A DNA stretch of 64,000 nt from Chrysomallon squamiferum (GCA_012295275.1 CM022665.1:44702001-44766000), one strand, 5' to 3'; shown: positions 13,326 to 34,600, counted from the stretch's first letter. Made by a program: numbers and translations. The notes: a model not told the origin generated them from the letters alone.

Positions 13326-13775
13326 TGTGATGACAGAACAATATTTAGCATAATAAACAAATAAAGTTACCTGATGAAAATTATTGGCTATTTATTTATT
13401 TTTTTATTCTAAAATGACGACAGATACATTACTAACTGATTCAAAGCTATATTTTGCTAACAACTATCTTAATGTACCTCTGAAATTACTAAGACAACTA
13501 TAATGGCGATGTAAAAAGGTCGTTTTAACAACTCAGCATATCGAGACTCTACTGTCTCCCCCACCCCTTAACGTTCCAAACTGTTAGCTGTGATCGGTTA
13601 ACGAATGTGACTTGACCGCGACAACGAGGCTGTCCAGTGAGGATTGCAGTTTTCATTTTTATATATTATACAGAACAATTTTTAAATTATTTATTTTTAT
13701 TTTAGCGAAATAATAATAAATTATAATTTTTTTATAGCATGCATATTATTATTATTACTATTGTTGTTGTTGTTG

Positions 13776-13820
<45 letters not shown>

Positions 13821-15097
13821 TTACTTTTCATCTGCTTGTGTCAAAGATATTTTTTGAATTGTGTATTCCTAAAAAGAAAAAAAAAAACAAACAAACAAAA
13901 AAAACGCCTCCGCTATTTGTTTATTGTTTGGATTAATTTGTTTGTCTTAGACGAAATTATATCACGTCGTAAAAAAAACGCATTCTCTGAAATACGATAT
14001 TCAAAACATGTCTACGTCTCATTTTAGCTTTTGGCTTACCTGTCCAGTAAATAACAGACGACGATCAAGGTATGATCCTTTAGAATGACAAAGCAGGTGT
14101 AACATTTCTGTTTTATGTTAACCACAGAGAAAACGAGAAGAATCAATTAGTATAATGTGTATTCCATTAAATGGTCATGTCGGCAGAGAATTAAAATAAT
14201 AAAAAAAATTTTTATTTTATTCCTTTTTTTTTTCTTTCTTTTCGTCTTTTTTTTTTTTTTTCTTTTTATTTATTTATTTTTTTTTTTTTTAATATATATA
14301 TATATATATTTATTTATTTACACTAATTGAGAAAAAAAATAAAAAAATAAAAAAATAAAATAAATACAAAATTAATTTGAAAATTTTATTTTTTTCATTT
14401 TTTCCCCCCTTCTTTTAAAATATATATTTTTATTCACACTTATGGAGCAAAAAAAAAAAAAAGAAAAAGAATATATGGGAGACGCTGATTGGATAGTGCT
14501 AATAAGAAAATAACTGGTAAGTAATTTGCAAATAAACTCACTGATCAAATATCAAGAAACGTTCATGCATTTCCTTCGTTCAGAATACTTACAGAAAGAA
14601 TTGTAGCGTGACGTGTGGAATTCTAAGGCCTACATAACCGAAGTTTTATATCTTGAACTTATAACTAGATTAAATAAACACTGTTAATATATCTGAAGTT
14701 CACTTAACAATTTTAACAAAAAAAAAAAAATATATATATTTTGTTTGATTGATAATGCACTGTTATTCCGGATTTAGAAGTACAAGTATCAACCGATCTA
14801 TATAACAGATTTTAAGTAAGCGTTTTTAACGCCTTTTCGGGTAATGGCTTGGTTCTTAAGTCTTCCGCGACAGTTTTAAGGAAAATAACTGAATACACAG
14901 TAACATCAATTAGAAATTTGTAGTCATATGCCGAACATAAATTACGCAGCCATTTATAAATATGGCGAACATATTTCAAAACAGTTCAAAAGGAAATAAT
15001 TCAATGAGATAAACATTTTTCGAAACAGAAGATAACTGCTTTGTACTTAATGTGTGGTTAGTTCTACTAATAATAATAGTTTGGAGATTAAAGACGG

Positions 15098-16253
15098 ATG
15101 TTAATGGATGATAAAATCAGGGTGGGAAAAGTCAGAGACAGTCGGAACGGCTTGCACAAGCAACTGATGTTTCCCAGAATATTAAACGAAACTGTTGTAA
15201 AGACAGATCCATTCAGATTTGTTTCTTGGAAACACAGAACTCATTTTCCGTCCATTTTCGGAGAAAAAGCTCAACTTCGTGCACCAGAAGCGGATCTAAA
15301 ACAAAAGGGTGCTCAAGCCGTTTGGCCGAAAGTTCGAAAGCTAGAAGAGGAACGAAGAAATGGAAGTAACTTTCAAACCCGTGAAAAAACTAAACAGTTC
15401 GGTTTTGTTGTTCCTGAAAATAAACATGACGAAGTAATCGAAACTACGAGAGAATTTAAAAGAAAAGTTTTAAGGTTTAATGTTAAATTATTAAAAAAGG
15501 ACAGAGATATACAACCCGGGCATTCGGCTAGACAGTATTTGCAATACTGGCGGAAATCATCCATATATGAAATGCCGTGATTCGATCGTCGTTCCAGCAG
15601 AAGCAGACGATACAGGAAGATGTAATGTTATAAAACGTCAAGGCTATCAGGATCGAAATATAATTTTTTCACATCTTAAAATTCCACCAGTGCCTTATCA
15701 AATATCAAAAATTACGAAAACGGTGACGTTTCAGAGACTGGATTTTCTGAAAGGAACTGAAAACAGAGATCCAAGAAAAGGACAGAAGCATTTGAATCAC
15801 AAAAACGGATCAAATGGTAACGATTCGATAGGATCACTTGACACAGCTTCAAAACTGACAGAAAAAAACTGTCGTTCGAAGATTAATTATCCTAAATATT
15901 GGATAAATTCTAACAATAAAACACTGAAAAAGTGTCAAAATGATTTGGATATGTGCAGAATTTGTTCTCCTTCGTCTGAAAGCTCCGGTATGTCTTTTGA
16001 CTTCCTGCACCGAGAACTCTGTGTGTTAAACCCAACTTCGACAACGTCGTCTGGAAACAGGTACACTAGAATGAAACTCGCACATATTCTTAACAGTTGA
16101 ATATCAGTATAAGTGAGTATCGTTCTAAAAAGTATTCAGAAGCCAAGTATTTCTGTAAATTCAGTGGAATTTTTGAATTCACGAGCAGAACAATTAAACC
16201 CTAATTCTAATTTGAAGTGTACACAGATATGCAGAAGTGATTTGACTGATTAA
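15098..16253 (+). pseudogene. Unidentified intronless coding-like region, disrupted (frameshift near 15570, two in-frame stops at 16100 and 16112)
   Basis: Overlapping non-repetitive ORFs of 160 aa (15098-15580) and 177 aa (15567-16100). The second frame stays open after two stops, up to TAA 16253. AATAAA at 16503. No motif recognised. Confidence 0.45.
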
Positions 16254-16561
16254 AAATGTTTCTAAATTTTTTATTTCGTAGATAATTGTATTTGTAAACT
16301 GTATGTTAACATTATATCGGTTATTTGCGACTAACAGTATGAAATTCAGCTCTTTCCAACGTGTTATGGATATATTATATTATATAGTAATTACTTACTT
16401 ATCGTTTTATACAGAAAAATAACAAAGTTACATGTGTTTTGTATTTTTTGCAGATAATTTTTATATAATTTATATTTTTATGTACGTCTGTATTTTATAA
16501 GTAATAAAGTATGCTTCGTGTATCAAGGAATTGTGATGAATGTTCAATTAATGATACAGTA

Positions 16562-16689
<128 letters not shown>

Positions 16690-18237
16690 CTCAGATTTTC
16701 TTAAACCTTAACAAACTTTCCACTTTATATTATATTAATCTTCATACGTATCTCCTCTATTCCATTACAGTGATATCTTACGTAAGACCAAAGTCACTTG
16801 ACTTATCACCATGTTATCAAATATCTGTTTATAAATCTACTAAAGCTATCTTTTGCTGTCAGTTCGCGTTATTACGACAACCACGCTGCCTTCTGAAGAA
16901 CGATCTCTGTGTTCTTCTCTCGCATTCCCATCACGGCGGTAATAAAGACCATTTAACCCCACCAGCGAATCGATTTTGCACGTAAGGCGATTACTGAATT
17001 AGTGTCTTTATCTTAAGATGGCCACACACTGCTCTCCTTTGTTGCCTGCTGAATACATTAACTGCTTCTCGTGTAGCGAAATGTGAGGTGAATCTCTAGG
17101 TGTGATTGATTCTGAAGCCAGCAAACGTGATAAGGTTTTTTTAAGTTGAGTGCACTGAAAATAAAGCAATTAATGACTTTTTCCAAGTGGCCAATAGAGA
17201 CCATAGTAAGAAAACTGCTAAAACAGAAACTCCGAAATGTTCTCGTTAATGATGGTTTGTCGGATTTGGTCAACGTAGTAAGAAGACAATAATTTCATTA
17301 AGCAAGGGAATGTTTTCGATAATGATGTTTTATTGGATTTGGTCAAAAGGATAATTGTAGTAGGAAGACAATGATTTCATTAAGCAAGGATATCAGGTAA
17401 TATTAATGGAAGTACTTTACATCATCATCAGTAGTAATGACCGATCTCTGTCTTTCTGTTGACGATTCAAAATTAATTTCTATTACGGAAAACATTCTAA
17501 TTGTTCTCTTTGTGTTTTCGGTTTTGTTCATCTTTCGCATCATCAAAATCGACTGATTCTCTGTGTTTGTCTGCACTGAGAATGCTCCTGTTTCACCCTT
17601 TCTTTGGAAACGTTGCACCGTTTTAATTTTTAAACAAGAAATCAGCTTGCTGCTCGCAAAAACTTTGATTGATTTCGGAGAATCTATTCTCAGGGCGATG
17701 CGCATAATCTCTCTGTTTATTTGAAATGTTCTACGAGTCCTAAGAATCTTGTTCTGTAAATCAATCCGGTAACGATTTCGTTTAAATTTTTAAAACGTTG
17801 TTCGTGTCTCTGACATCTTTGAAAAAGTGTTTACGTGAATTCGGAGTGTTGAAACTTCAAACGGCTGAGCGATCGTAAATAAATTTGAACGAGGTCGTGT
17901 AAAATATTTAAACCAGGATAGAATAGAAAAAAACAAAGGAAAGAAACTATCGAGAATGTTACATAATAATAACTGGAATCCATTGAGGGAAGGTTGAAAA
18001 ATGTTAATATAATAAACTTAGTAAAATAAATAAATTAAAAATAAATAAAAACGAAGTGATAATCTTCATTAAAGATGGATAAAAATATAATCCTAGTAAA
18101 ATAATTATATTTAACAAAAAAATAAAAAAAAAAAAAAAAAAAGAAGAAGAAGCAGAAAACAAAGATTATATACTCGAGTAAAATAAATAAAACTATCTTC
18201 GATAAGAACAAAGAAATGACAATAGTGTGCAGAAGAG

Positions 18238-23712
<5,475 letters not shown>

Positions 23713-24759
23713 AAGCTAGACAATAATATGCAAATTAGGAGAGAGAAAAAGGTCGTTATCTGAATGACATTTCTTGTAGAATAGAACTTGTGATAGTTAC
23801 AGTTTAGTTATTGCGTAGGAATAAACAATGGATGAATTTAATTGTACTAGTGACCATTCTTTGTTGATAATATAGATAATAAACCAGCGAAAAAACCCGA
23901 AGGTTGCCATGTATTTATATAAAAATGTAACTGTACATTTGATGACTGAAAAAGACGATCGTCCAGAAGAAACGAAGAAAGTAAAATGGTAACCTTTCGT
24001 TTGGTTATGGGCTAGTTATATTAATATGACACTTTATTATTAGCAAAGGATGGTGTTGAGAAACAAAACAGTCATTTCAAAGTATACAAGTTAATGTAAT
24101 GATTTCGTGTGCAAATCGTAGTGCTCTGTTAAGAAAAGGTACACTGTGTGAGCGCGTACATGTATGTGTACGTATGTATGCGTGCGTGTTGTATTTGTTT
24201 TTGTGTATATGCATAGGTTATATATCCGAAGTGTAGGACGATATCTAAACTTATGTTTGTGTTATTATGAAACAAAGAAATAGATTGTTTCTTTATTTTA
24301 GGAATAACGAAATCAGTGAGAGACAGTATTTAAACGGATGATAGTGCAATAATAAACGTTCGAATCATATTTACATGTACTGCCATTAGTTGGGGAATAA
24401 CTTAATTCAAAGTCACAACATAACATTGAGACCTGTATCTTTTTACAGTTCATAGTTCATATTTTGGATCTTCTGTAGAAATAAATACTCTACAACTAAT
24501 AAAAGTATAACGAAACATTATTTTATGCGCTGTTTTCGGAGAACTGGTTGTGTAATGTATTTTTTATTATCTTCAAGCACTATAAGGTCTGTACATTAAC
24601 TGTGAATGAAATTACTGCTGAAAAATAAAATATATCAAAATTTGAAAATCGTTCGTATTTAGCTTACTTTGTATTTGCCTTCTGATGTGTCTAAATTTAT
24701 AAATAATACTAGTTTACTATCAACTGTTATAACCACTGTATTTCTGTTACGGATAAAGT

Positions 24760-25671
24760 AAAATTATAAAAACCAGTGTAGATGATTCAATGGTAAAAAC
24801 ACAGACTACAAACACAGGGCAGACGAAACGTGGAAAGGCAACAGGCAATAGACCAGGCGTTGCCTAGGATCACACGACAGACAAGAAGGCTATTTAAAGC
24901 CTTAAGAGACTATCAGGTTGTGACATAACTATGATTCTCGTTGTCATGGTGCCAACAATAAAAGACGTCACACATAAAAATATTAAAAAAATAAAAAATA
25001 AAAAAAAGAAAAATATTAACAATAACAGCGATAAAAAGAAGACGCTTATATCAGTCAACATGAAATAGCTAATCTTGTGAAATCGGATCTTTATAGCAGA
25101 AGACCCTCGGCAAACTGTGAACTTGATTAATTTTAAAAGGCTGGGGAATATTACTAACAACAGAACGTTAAGCGGAAATTACGATTAGCTGAACGCATAC
25201 GAAAAACCCCAGATATAAACTCGCTACAAAGGTTCTTTCCCCAATTTGAAATCCATCAGTCAGGAATCGTCGTACGAAAGAAACAGTTCTGATTATGACG
25301 AAGCGATTGGCGGTATGTCCACGCCATCTTTAACAGTCAAGCGTAATCGTAATAGTCACTGAATAATAAAACTGGAACAAGCGAAAACGACATGAAGAGC
25401 TGTAACGAACGGGCTGCCTCTGATGCAGTGGTACAAACTAGTGCTAACTGTATGAATAAAAATGTACAAGTTAGAAGACTGGGCACAGTGAAAGTTCCCG
25501 AAACTATTCTTGCTAGTGCGAAGGACAAAGAGAAAAATCTGTGCGAGATTCGAGCTCCCGCAGTCAAAGTGACGTCATCATTTTTAAAAGAGTAGGTTGT
25601 GTCCCAGTTATTTTTCTTTCGTATCAAGAAAAAAAAAAAAAAAAAAAAAAAGAAGAAGAAGAAAAAAGAAG

Positions 25672-25710
<39 letters not shown>

Positions 25711-26370
25711 GAAATATGCCTACAATGTCATAGCTTCATAAAACATCGAGATCCGTTTCATTTTAAAGATCACATTTTGTATATAATAATAATAATAAAA
25801 GTAATAAAAAATTAATTCATAAATAAATAGATAGGTAGATAGATAGATAGATAGATAAATCAATAAATAATTGTTTAGATAGGATATGTTGGTATTATAA
25901 CCACTAAAGCAATTAGAAAGATGGTGAACTCAAAAGTTAATCCATACCTAAATACAGAACAAATGTATACACACACACATACACTCACGCACACGCACAT
26001 ACACACAAACTTACACCCGCATTTAATCTAAATACATTCCCAGACAAACAGAAGTAAACAAACATACATTAGTGGTGTGAAAAATACACAAGCATGTACG
26101 AGCGAATGCACAAACATATACACACCTACACAAAGGAAGTTGACAAATGCTACGGAGTAATTTTTGGTTGTTTAATAATGCAGATTTTAATAGAATTACT
26201 TTTATTCTAATTTGTGTAGATTTCTGACCAGCGAGCAAAACGAGAAATCAGAAAACCGTACAAGGATTATTTTTAGGGACTTTCAGAAAAAACTTTTTGA
26301 AGGTTATAAACTGGGTATAATGGATGTTATGAAGGTAGACAACCAGTAAATGTATTAATTTTTATTTTCA

Positions 26371-26415
<45 letters not shown>

Positions 26416-26846
26416 ATATCTGAAACTTTAAAATAATTTTCTTTACATATATCATATGATCAAAATAAAATGCCAAATATTTGATAACCTTTAATCTATT
26501 AAAATCCCGAAATATCGACAAATGCTAATATATGAATTAACGAATACATTTTTTCTTTATTATATACCTTCAGTAGTACCTATAATTTAATTTCGGAAGA
26601 CTGATTTGTTTTTAACTTGCATTACCTTTAGTATGAAAAGCTAAGTAGTCATAAAGCTACGAAGCTGACATTTTTTTTTTTTTTTTTTTCTGGCGAAGTC
26701 ATTTGATATAATTACAGACTTTACAGCAAGACTTACAAGCGAAACTTTATTCATAATTTATTCATAATTAATAAAATAATTCGTATGCAGCAGCAGTAAC
26801 AACAACAACACGAACACGAACAACAACAACAACAACAACAATAGTA

Positions 26847-26908
<62 letters not shown>

Positions 26909-27114
26909 TAATCCAGGCATGCGATTACGAATTCGAGAAACAGATGAATCGACGTTGTAATAAAGCCATTTTGCCGCCGTTACCGGCAAAACGTTGTGCA
27001 CCGGAAGACGATTGTGTCACGTGCGCTGTGGAACTACTGCAGTATAACCTAATTCACGGACCAGCTGCAATGAACTCATATCAGTTTAGGTCTCACAATT
27101 TAATTTTTAATTTA

Positions 27115-27146
<32 letters not shown>

Positions 27147-27968
27147 AGTCTTACCAAGAAAACATATTAATTAATTAATTAAACAAATAAAAAATACATA
27201 TTTAATCCAAAGTTAATCCGTAAATTAAATCTATGTATGTATTCTCATGTAAACAAGAATGCATTTGAAAATTTAGAATTTTAAGGCAGTCTTATATATA
27301 CCACTAAAAAAACCATACATGCCATCATAAAAATCCATCACCCGAATGGAAAATACGTTTTGTTTCCTTTTTTTTTACAATCCGTTCTTAGAATAAATTG
27401 TGAGGTAACTGACGAAAATAATATTAAAATTACTTTATCACCAATAATTACGCTAATGATTTTAACAATAATAAATTAACAAATTTCGAATTTTTTCTTT
27501 TTCTTTTTCTTTCATTGTTTTTCTGCTACCACTAACTGAACTTAATTAACTCTTTTTTTTCTTTCTTTCTTCAATATGTATTTTTACTACAGACCTGTGT
27601 CGCATTTTAACCACACCACCAGAAACGCATCGTCCAGGTTTTCGCAGAACAATCCCTCCCTCAAATTTCACAGTGCCTACTCACGCGAAATCATGGCCAA
27701 TATGGCTTTGCCACAAATCCTGCGCGAAGCCATTGAGCACCGACGACGCTCGTTAGAATCGAATGGCGTACAAAAATCGAAAGCGCATGTCAATGGCGGG
27801 GCTAAACAACGGACTGGCAAGAAAAACAGATCACCCAGGCACAGCAGGCAGGGTTTAACATCAGATCAAGAAACAGGTGAATTAATTTCTCGTAATTAGG
27901 GTTATAATTATAAAAACAACGACGACGACGCCAACAGCAGTAATAATAAAAAAAACGACTATTATTAT

Positions 27969-28031
<63 letters not shown>

Positions 28032-28140
28032 AACTCGACTATTACTAAGTATATTATGAAAATAAAATATAAAATAATAACATATAGTTGATACTTCAAA
28101 TCCATTATCATGTGTTTAGATACATTACTCTTATTACATA

Positions 28141-28185
<45 letters not shown>

Positions 28186-28302
28186 GCAGATTATGAGAGT
28201 ACAAATATGGATGAGTTAAACAGTGTTATCTCTGGACATAGTATCACAATTAACATTCGCAATCGTAACGAGATGACTAATTCGTATAGAGAAAATGCCT
28301 AG
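24760..28302 (+). pseudogene. Chain of exons downstream of the kinase stop: decayed C-terminal tail, or a separate small gene
   Basis: A large coding-like block at about 24760-25591 has several in-frame stops and a frameshift near 25355. It is followed by phase-consistent open exons: donor AAAGA|GTAGGT at 25591, then 26220-26334 (FLTSEQNEK...MDVMK), 26917-27089 (ACDYEFEKQMNRR...), 27593-27877 (PVSHFNH...DQET), 28190-28302 (DYESTNMDELNSVISGHSITINIRN...ENA*). Confidence 0.6.
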
Positions 28303-28344
28303 CTAACAAATTAGCAACGAATAATCTATCTATCTATCTATCTA

Positions 28345-28391
<47 letters not shown>

Positions 28392-29338
28392 TTGTAACAT
28401 GCATAATTTAATTAAGAAAATTTCACATTTACACTGACAAATATTTCATTTTTAAGTAATCATGCACAATCTTATTTTAAAGCAATCATTTTACATATTT
28501 GTGAATGTTTAAATATCATTAAATTCAAATAAGTAAATAAAAATATAAATAAATCATGTAACAGGAAAATTTTAGTTTGATCACAGTACCTTCCAAGGAT
28601 TTTTAAAATATATTTTGAGTGTCGCTAAAAAAATAATATATATTATTATGGATGTATTTACCTATTTATGGATTTATTTTTAATATAAATAATATTTATG
28701 GATTTTTAGAATTTATATATGGATTTTGTTAATTATATTAAAATTTATAGCTTTGCTACATATATCTATATATATTTATTAACGTTTATGATTTCGCTAT
28801 TAAATTTCTTTTTCCTATTTCTTATGTTTTCTTGATATACTGTTCTACATATTTTTCATCATCATCATTTTTATTCATATGCTGAACCAGTTAGATTTAT
28901 ATTATTCCAGCGAATTATATATTTTTTTTATTCTGATACACATTGAACTGATGAATTTCTTACAATATTACTTTTAATTTTCAAAAGGGATAAATATTAA
29001 GAAAGCCCTCTGTGACAGCTCAGACTTGAAACGCGTGTTTTTAATACTGGATCGCCATTTTGTCTCTTTACTGTAATCAACTACCATGTCGTGACGGAAA
29101 CAAATTACATATAAAACATTACCCGGTGTTTCTTCAAAATATATCATATTTTCATATCACAACAACAGCAATAACAACAACAACAACAATAAATAAATAA
29201 ATTTCTAAAATTACGAATCATAACCAATAAATAAATACATAATACAAAATATTAGAAAAAACAGAATGCAGTTTTTATTCTTATGACCAACCTACAGAAA
29301 AACATAAATAAAATAAAATAAAATAAGATAAAATAAAC

Positions 29339-29371
<33 letters not shown>

Positions 29372-29411
29372 TAAAATAAAATAATAAATAAATAATGATG
29401 ATGATGATGAA

Positions 29412-29460
<49 letters not shown>

Positions 29461-29611
29461 TGAAGAATAAGAAGAAGAAGAAGAAATAATAAATGAATAA
29501 AATTTAGGATTATACTAGTTTAGATATATTGTTCCTTAAAAACTATTTACTTAATGATATCGTATGGGACAAGCATGCATTTGATCCTTTAAATAAACAT
29601 AAGCGGATGGA

Positions 29612-29619
29612 TGACGTCA
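29612..29619. promoter_or_regulatory. Perfect CRE palindrome TGACGTCA upstream of the convertase non-coding first exon
   Basis: Lies in a locally CpG-richer patch about 120 bp before a strong donor AGAG|GTAAGT (29738/29739) that could splice to acceptor 31209, just before ATG 31220. Confidence 0.55.
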
Positions 29620-29933
29620 CTTGAACCACCTGCGGGATCTCGCGCTAATTCTCGTTTTGTTACGCTTGATTTGTGCAACACTTTCTCAGCAATATTAAGA
29701 AATGTGTTTCGAGTGTTGTTCGTTACTGACAGCTAGAGGTAAGTGTGTGCTTTACTAATTAAAAGGGTTAGCCACACGCGGTTTTTGTATAATATTATTT
29801 TCCCAAATTAATAAACTTGAAGTTTCATTTAATGTTGCAGACGATAAGAGGGGAAAAGGGAACCGAAGGGATATTAAGTCAATTCCCAGTTCTTGACACT
29901 TTATTTTGGGGAATGTAATTTAACTATATTTGT

Positions 29934-29968
<35 letters not shown>

Positions 29969-31219
29969 AAAAAAATAATAATAATAAAATAATAATAATA
30001 ATAATAAAAAAAAAAAAATTAATAAATAAAAAAAAACAAAATTAAAACTTAAAAACTGACAAAATTAAGAAAACAAAAAACCCAAAACAACCAGAAAAAA
30101 AAAAAAAAACCACAAAAAAAAAAAAAAAACAAAACAACAACAAAAAAAAAACAACCAAGTCCCGGAAAAAAAAAAAAAAAAAAAAAACATTTTCATTCTC
30201 AGTTCATGATAATGTCTGCAGTGAATTATGTTCATGACATTATTAACACTCCAGTTTAAAATAAATGTCTAAATATAAAATAATAATAATTCTATTAATT
30301 TAATTTTAAAAACAAAATTCATCAGGCATTCATATTTATGATATAGATTTTTTTCAAATAATAAAAAAAAAATATATATAAAAATAAAAATAAAAAAAAA
30401 TAAATACAAAATTAATAAAAAATGTAAGTAATAAAACTGATAAAAATAATGGTTTAAAAAGTTCACCTGATTTTTTTTATTAGTTTAACCAGATTTTTGT
30501 TTACCATCACGAATCTCCTCAGCTTATTGTTACAAAATTTTTCATTTGTCATGGCTCACTGAAGTTGTTTTTGTTATCATGATGTATTCACAGACATGGT
30601 TTGTGGTCATTGTCAAGCCATGTAGAAATCGCACTGGAAACCAGCAGATAAATTAATATGACTTATAGAGGGAAACTTTACAAACTGTGTAAGGCTTAGG
30701 TTGACAACCTTGACATATTTTACTTAAAAAATAATAATTATTTTTCTTTTACATGGAGCTAGGATGGGGTAGATACAAGGTACAGTAGAAGAAATGAAGT
30801 GTTAATTAAGTTAGCAGGTTTTTAGATATCTAACAATGATACACATTTGTTGACAGTTTTAAAAATAAGAAGTAAAAAGTGAATATAAACCTGTATTAAG
30901 TCTGTATTCCTTGCAAAACATAATTTTGTCACAGCATTAAGTTTTATTTACTATGAAAATCTAAGCTGAATTTAGTTTTTTTTGTGTTAGATACGTAAAA
31001 TGTTAAATGTTTGTTCAAGGTAATTTTAAAATTACTCTATTTATTTTACTTATTGTATTTATTTTTATATAAATTATATTTGTGGATTAATTATTTGGAA
31101 TTTTTTTATTTTTTATGTTTTTATTTGTGTTACTTATGTTTTATTACTAGTACTATTACTGTTGTTATTGCTGTTATTATCATTATTACATTAATTTTTA
31201 TTATCACAGATTTCAAAAA

Positions 31220-31645
31220 ATGAAAACTCACAGGCTGTTCCTTGCTGTTTTCTTCATTTCATTTTGCCTTGGTGACAAGGATGAATTTTTTGTTAACAAG
31301 TTTGCGGTCTCCTTGAGGCAAGATTTACCGGATGCAGATAAAGCAGTTAAAGAAATTGCTGAAAGCCTAGGCTTTACTGTCGAGCATAAAGTATGTACAT
31401 TAAGATATGAATCTGAAAATGACTATTGTCTATTTCAAATGTTACTGTGTCAGTTGGGTACATATTAAAGAAATGATGATATTATGTTTTAGAATAATTG
31501 CATTTATAAGATAAGCTAATTCTGTAAAATCTGATCATTGACTTTTGTTAATATTAGTTCTGATAAACCAGTATTTGTTGAAATAATTAATGAGATTATG
31601 AACTATATAAGCTTTTTGCTTGATGTTTTGTTTAACAAAGGTCAT

Positions 31646-31686
<41 letters not shown>

Positions 31687-34600
31687 AAAGCTAAATAAAT
31701 GACTTAGCATTTTTAACATAAGCATTATTAACATATACATGAACACACATATGTTTATTTTATGTATTTGTTATCACTATTAGTTATCACTATTAGTTTT
31801 ATTTAAAAACAAAAAAAAAACAACAAAAAAACAACAACAAAACCAACTACACAAAAAACAACATGTCCCTTCCCCAATTTCCAGAATTGCAATTTGTGTT
31901 TATACAAATATCTAATTTTCATTAAAATCCCTCCCTCCAAACACCAGAACAACAACAACAAAAAAAAAAAAAAAAAAAAATCTGTTAATTGCATCTTCTT
32001 TCATCTTTTCAAAACATAACTTAGATTATCTTGATTTTGTTTTCAGCTGGAGAGCATCAGTGTTTATCTGCTTTCTCATTCCTCAGTACAACACAGGTCC
32101 AAAAGAAGTGCTGAGAGTCATTTGAACCGTCTGCAGTCACATCCACAGGTAAGTCTCATCATTTGTTTTTATCATCATTGGGTATCATTAAACATTCATT
32201 CATTAGCTTATTCATTCATTTACTGATATGATGAACAAAAATTAATAATAATTAAAATATTCTTTTTTTTTTTTTTCTTTTTCTTTGCCAGGTTCTTCAT
32301 GCCCAGCAAGAAACTGAATTAATTCGAGAGAAAAGGGAGATAATTTATGACAAACAGCAGGAGTTTCCCATTAGAGATATCAGTGATCCTGCTGTCTACC
32401 ATCGAGTTTCAGCTCCTCGGCTTTCAGTTAAAGATGACATTCCCAGGCCTGTCATTCACTTCAAGGACCCGTTCTACAAGGATCAGTGGTACATTGTAAG
32501 TTTCAGAACTTTTATATACCAGTAAAGTTTGCTTGAATAATTTTGGTTCATATTTATATATATTTTTTTTTTGGTTTTATTTGTTTATTATCATTTTTAA
32601 AGTTATTTTCTTCAATTTTTAATTTTTAATTTTGTGTTAAATAATATTTATGAAAACAGAAGAAGAAAAAGAATAAATTGCCCTACCCAGTATTTGATCC
32701 TAAAAGTAGAATATTGTTAAGACTGAATGGAAATGAAATGGTTTTTTTTATCATTTCTGTGGCTGCTGGATAATCAGAATGCCAATTGTTATTGTTATTT
32801 AAGTTACAATTTCATTCAATAGCTTTCAACTTTTAATTTTTAAAAAAATTTTAAAATATTTATTTGTGTAAAAAAAAAAAAAAAAAAAAAAAAATATATT
32901 TTAAAATTTTTTAATGTTTTGTATAAATGTTCTTGTTTTGTTTTCAGAACAATGTTGGCCAGAGTGGTGGTAAAGTAGGTCTTGACCTCAATGTTATGAT
33001 TGCATGGCAGAACAACTTCAATGGCAGCAGCATAGTAGTCAGTATTCTTGACGATGGTGTTGATCACAATCACCTTGATCTGATTGACAACTATGTAAGT
33101 GGAGATTTTCACTAAAACTTATATCATAAAAAAAAAAGATAAAACAAATCCAAAAAAAAAATGATAATATATTTATATATAATCCCTGCCAAAAAATAAA
33201 ACAGAAAAAGAAATTATAACTAAAAATTGATTAATATGATATTCCATTTTGTAAATTACTTTCTTAATAACATTTACATTTTTTTTTTCTCAGTCTTAAT
33301 AATAAAATGTTTATCAGCAAAGCTTGTAAAGGAATAAAAGCCTTAATAAATTTAATCGGATTATAAACAGTTATTTTACACTGCTTATTAAACTTAAAGA
33401 CCACTTTGTGAATCAGTCAGAATGTTATAAGTACCAGTTAATTTTGGGTCTTTTTATATATCATGAATAAATACTGCCTTTTATTGACAATTGCACTGAC
33501 ATCATTGGTCTTAAGTCAGATTGTGTTTGTAGATTTTTGTTGTTACACCTGATCATAATAATCGCTTTGGGTTTGTGAACATTCTTGAATATGGCTTAAC
33601 TCAGACAATTCAAGCTGTCACAATATAATTTTAGCTGCATACATACTATTGCATTTCTAAAATTGTTATAATGATCATGATCAACATTATTATTATTGTT
33701 ATTATTATTATTATTTTCATTTTTATTTTATTATTTTTTTCATTTTTATTTTATTTACTTTTATTATTATTATTTTGTTCTGTTATTTTTTTTTTAATGA
33801 AATTGTTGTAAGGATAAAACATGTAGTTATTTATACAATAGAAAATAGAAATAATTAACTTTCAGTTCATGGTATCAATACAGGATGAATAAATTTCATC
33901 TTTTTTTTTTAAATTTTTATTTTTATTTCTTTTAAATTTGAAGGATCCAAATGCGAGCACAGATTTGAATGATCTGACAGACAAAAGAAAAGACCCAATG
34001 CCAAACACAGAGGATTCAAGAAACAGGTAAATAAAACTGAAATATAAAATTGAATATTACTAAAAATAATTAAAATAAAATAAAATAAAATGAAATAAAA
34101 AAAACAAACAAACAAAAACAACAATGACAAAAAAACAAAAACAAACAAAAAAAACCCCACCTATATTTAACAAGTGTAAAATATACTACAAAACAATTAC
34201 AAATGAAATTTATGATAATCAGTTCTGAAGCTGCATTGTGTCTTTTCAGTGTTGTTAGTGGTGAGATTTAATTAACAAATATGTGACTGTTATGAATGAA
34301 ATTAATTACATGAAGTTTCATGGTAACAGTTTTATGCATGTTGACTATCGTATGTAAATTTAAAACATACACCCATCATGATCTGCATGAACCATTAATC
34401 ACAAACCACAAAGTAGACGAAAACATAACTCACAAATTTTTCATCTAATTGAATTTTTTCATAGATCCTGACCAAGGTTGTTCATTTTCAGGTTTGGTTA
34501 AGATTTAAGAATGTGGTTGTGTGTGTTATATGTGGTGTGTGTGTATGTGTGTATATGTGTGTGTGTGTTAAGGATAAAATTGTACATGTGTGTGTGTGTT

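Noticed and set aside
24760-25400. Stop-codon reassignment or selenocysteine readthrough to explain in-frame stops
   Set aside because: The stops include TAA, TAG and TGA plus a frameshift, and neighbouring genes end normally in TAA or TAG.
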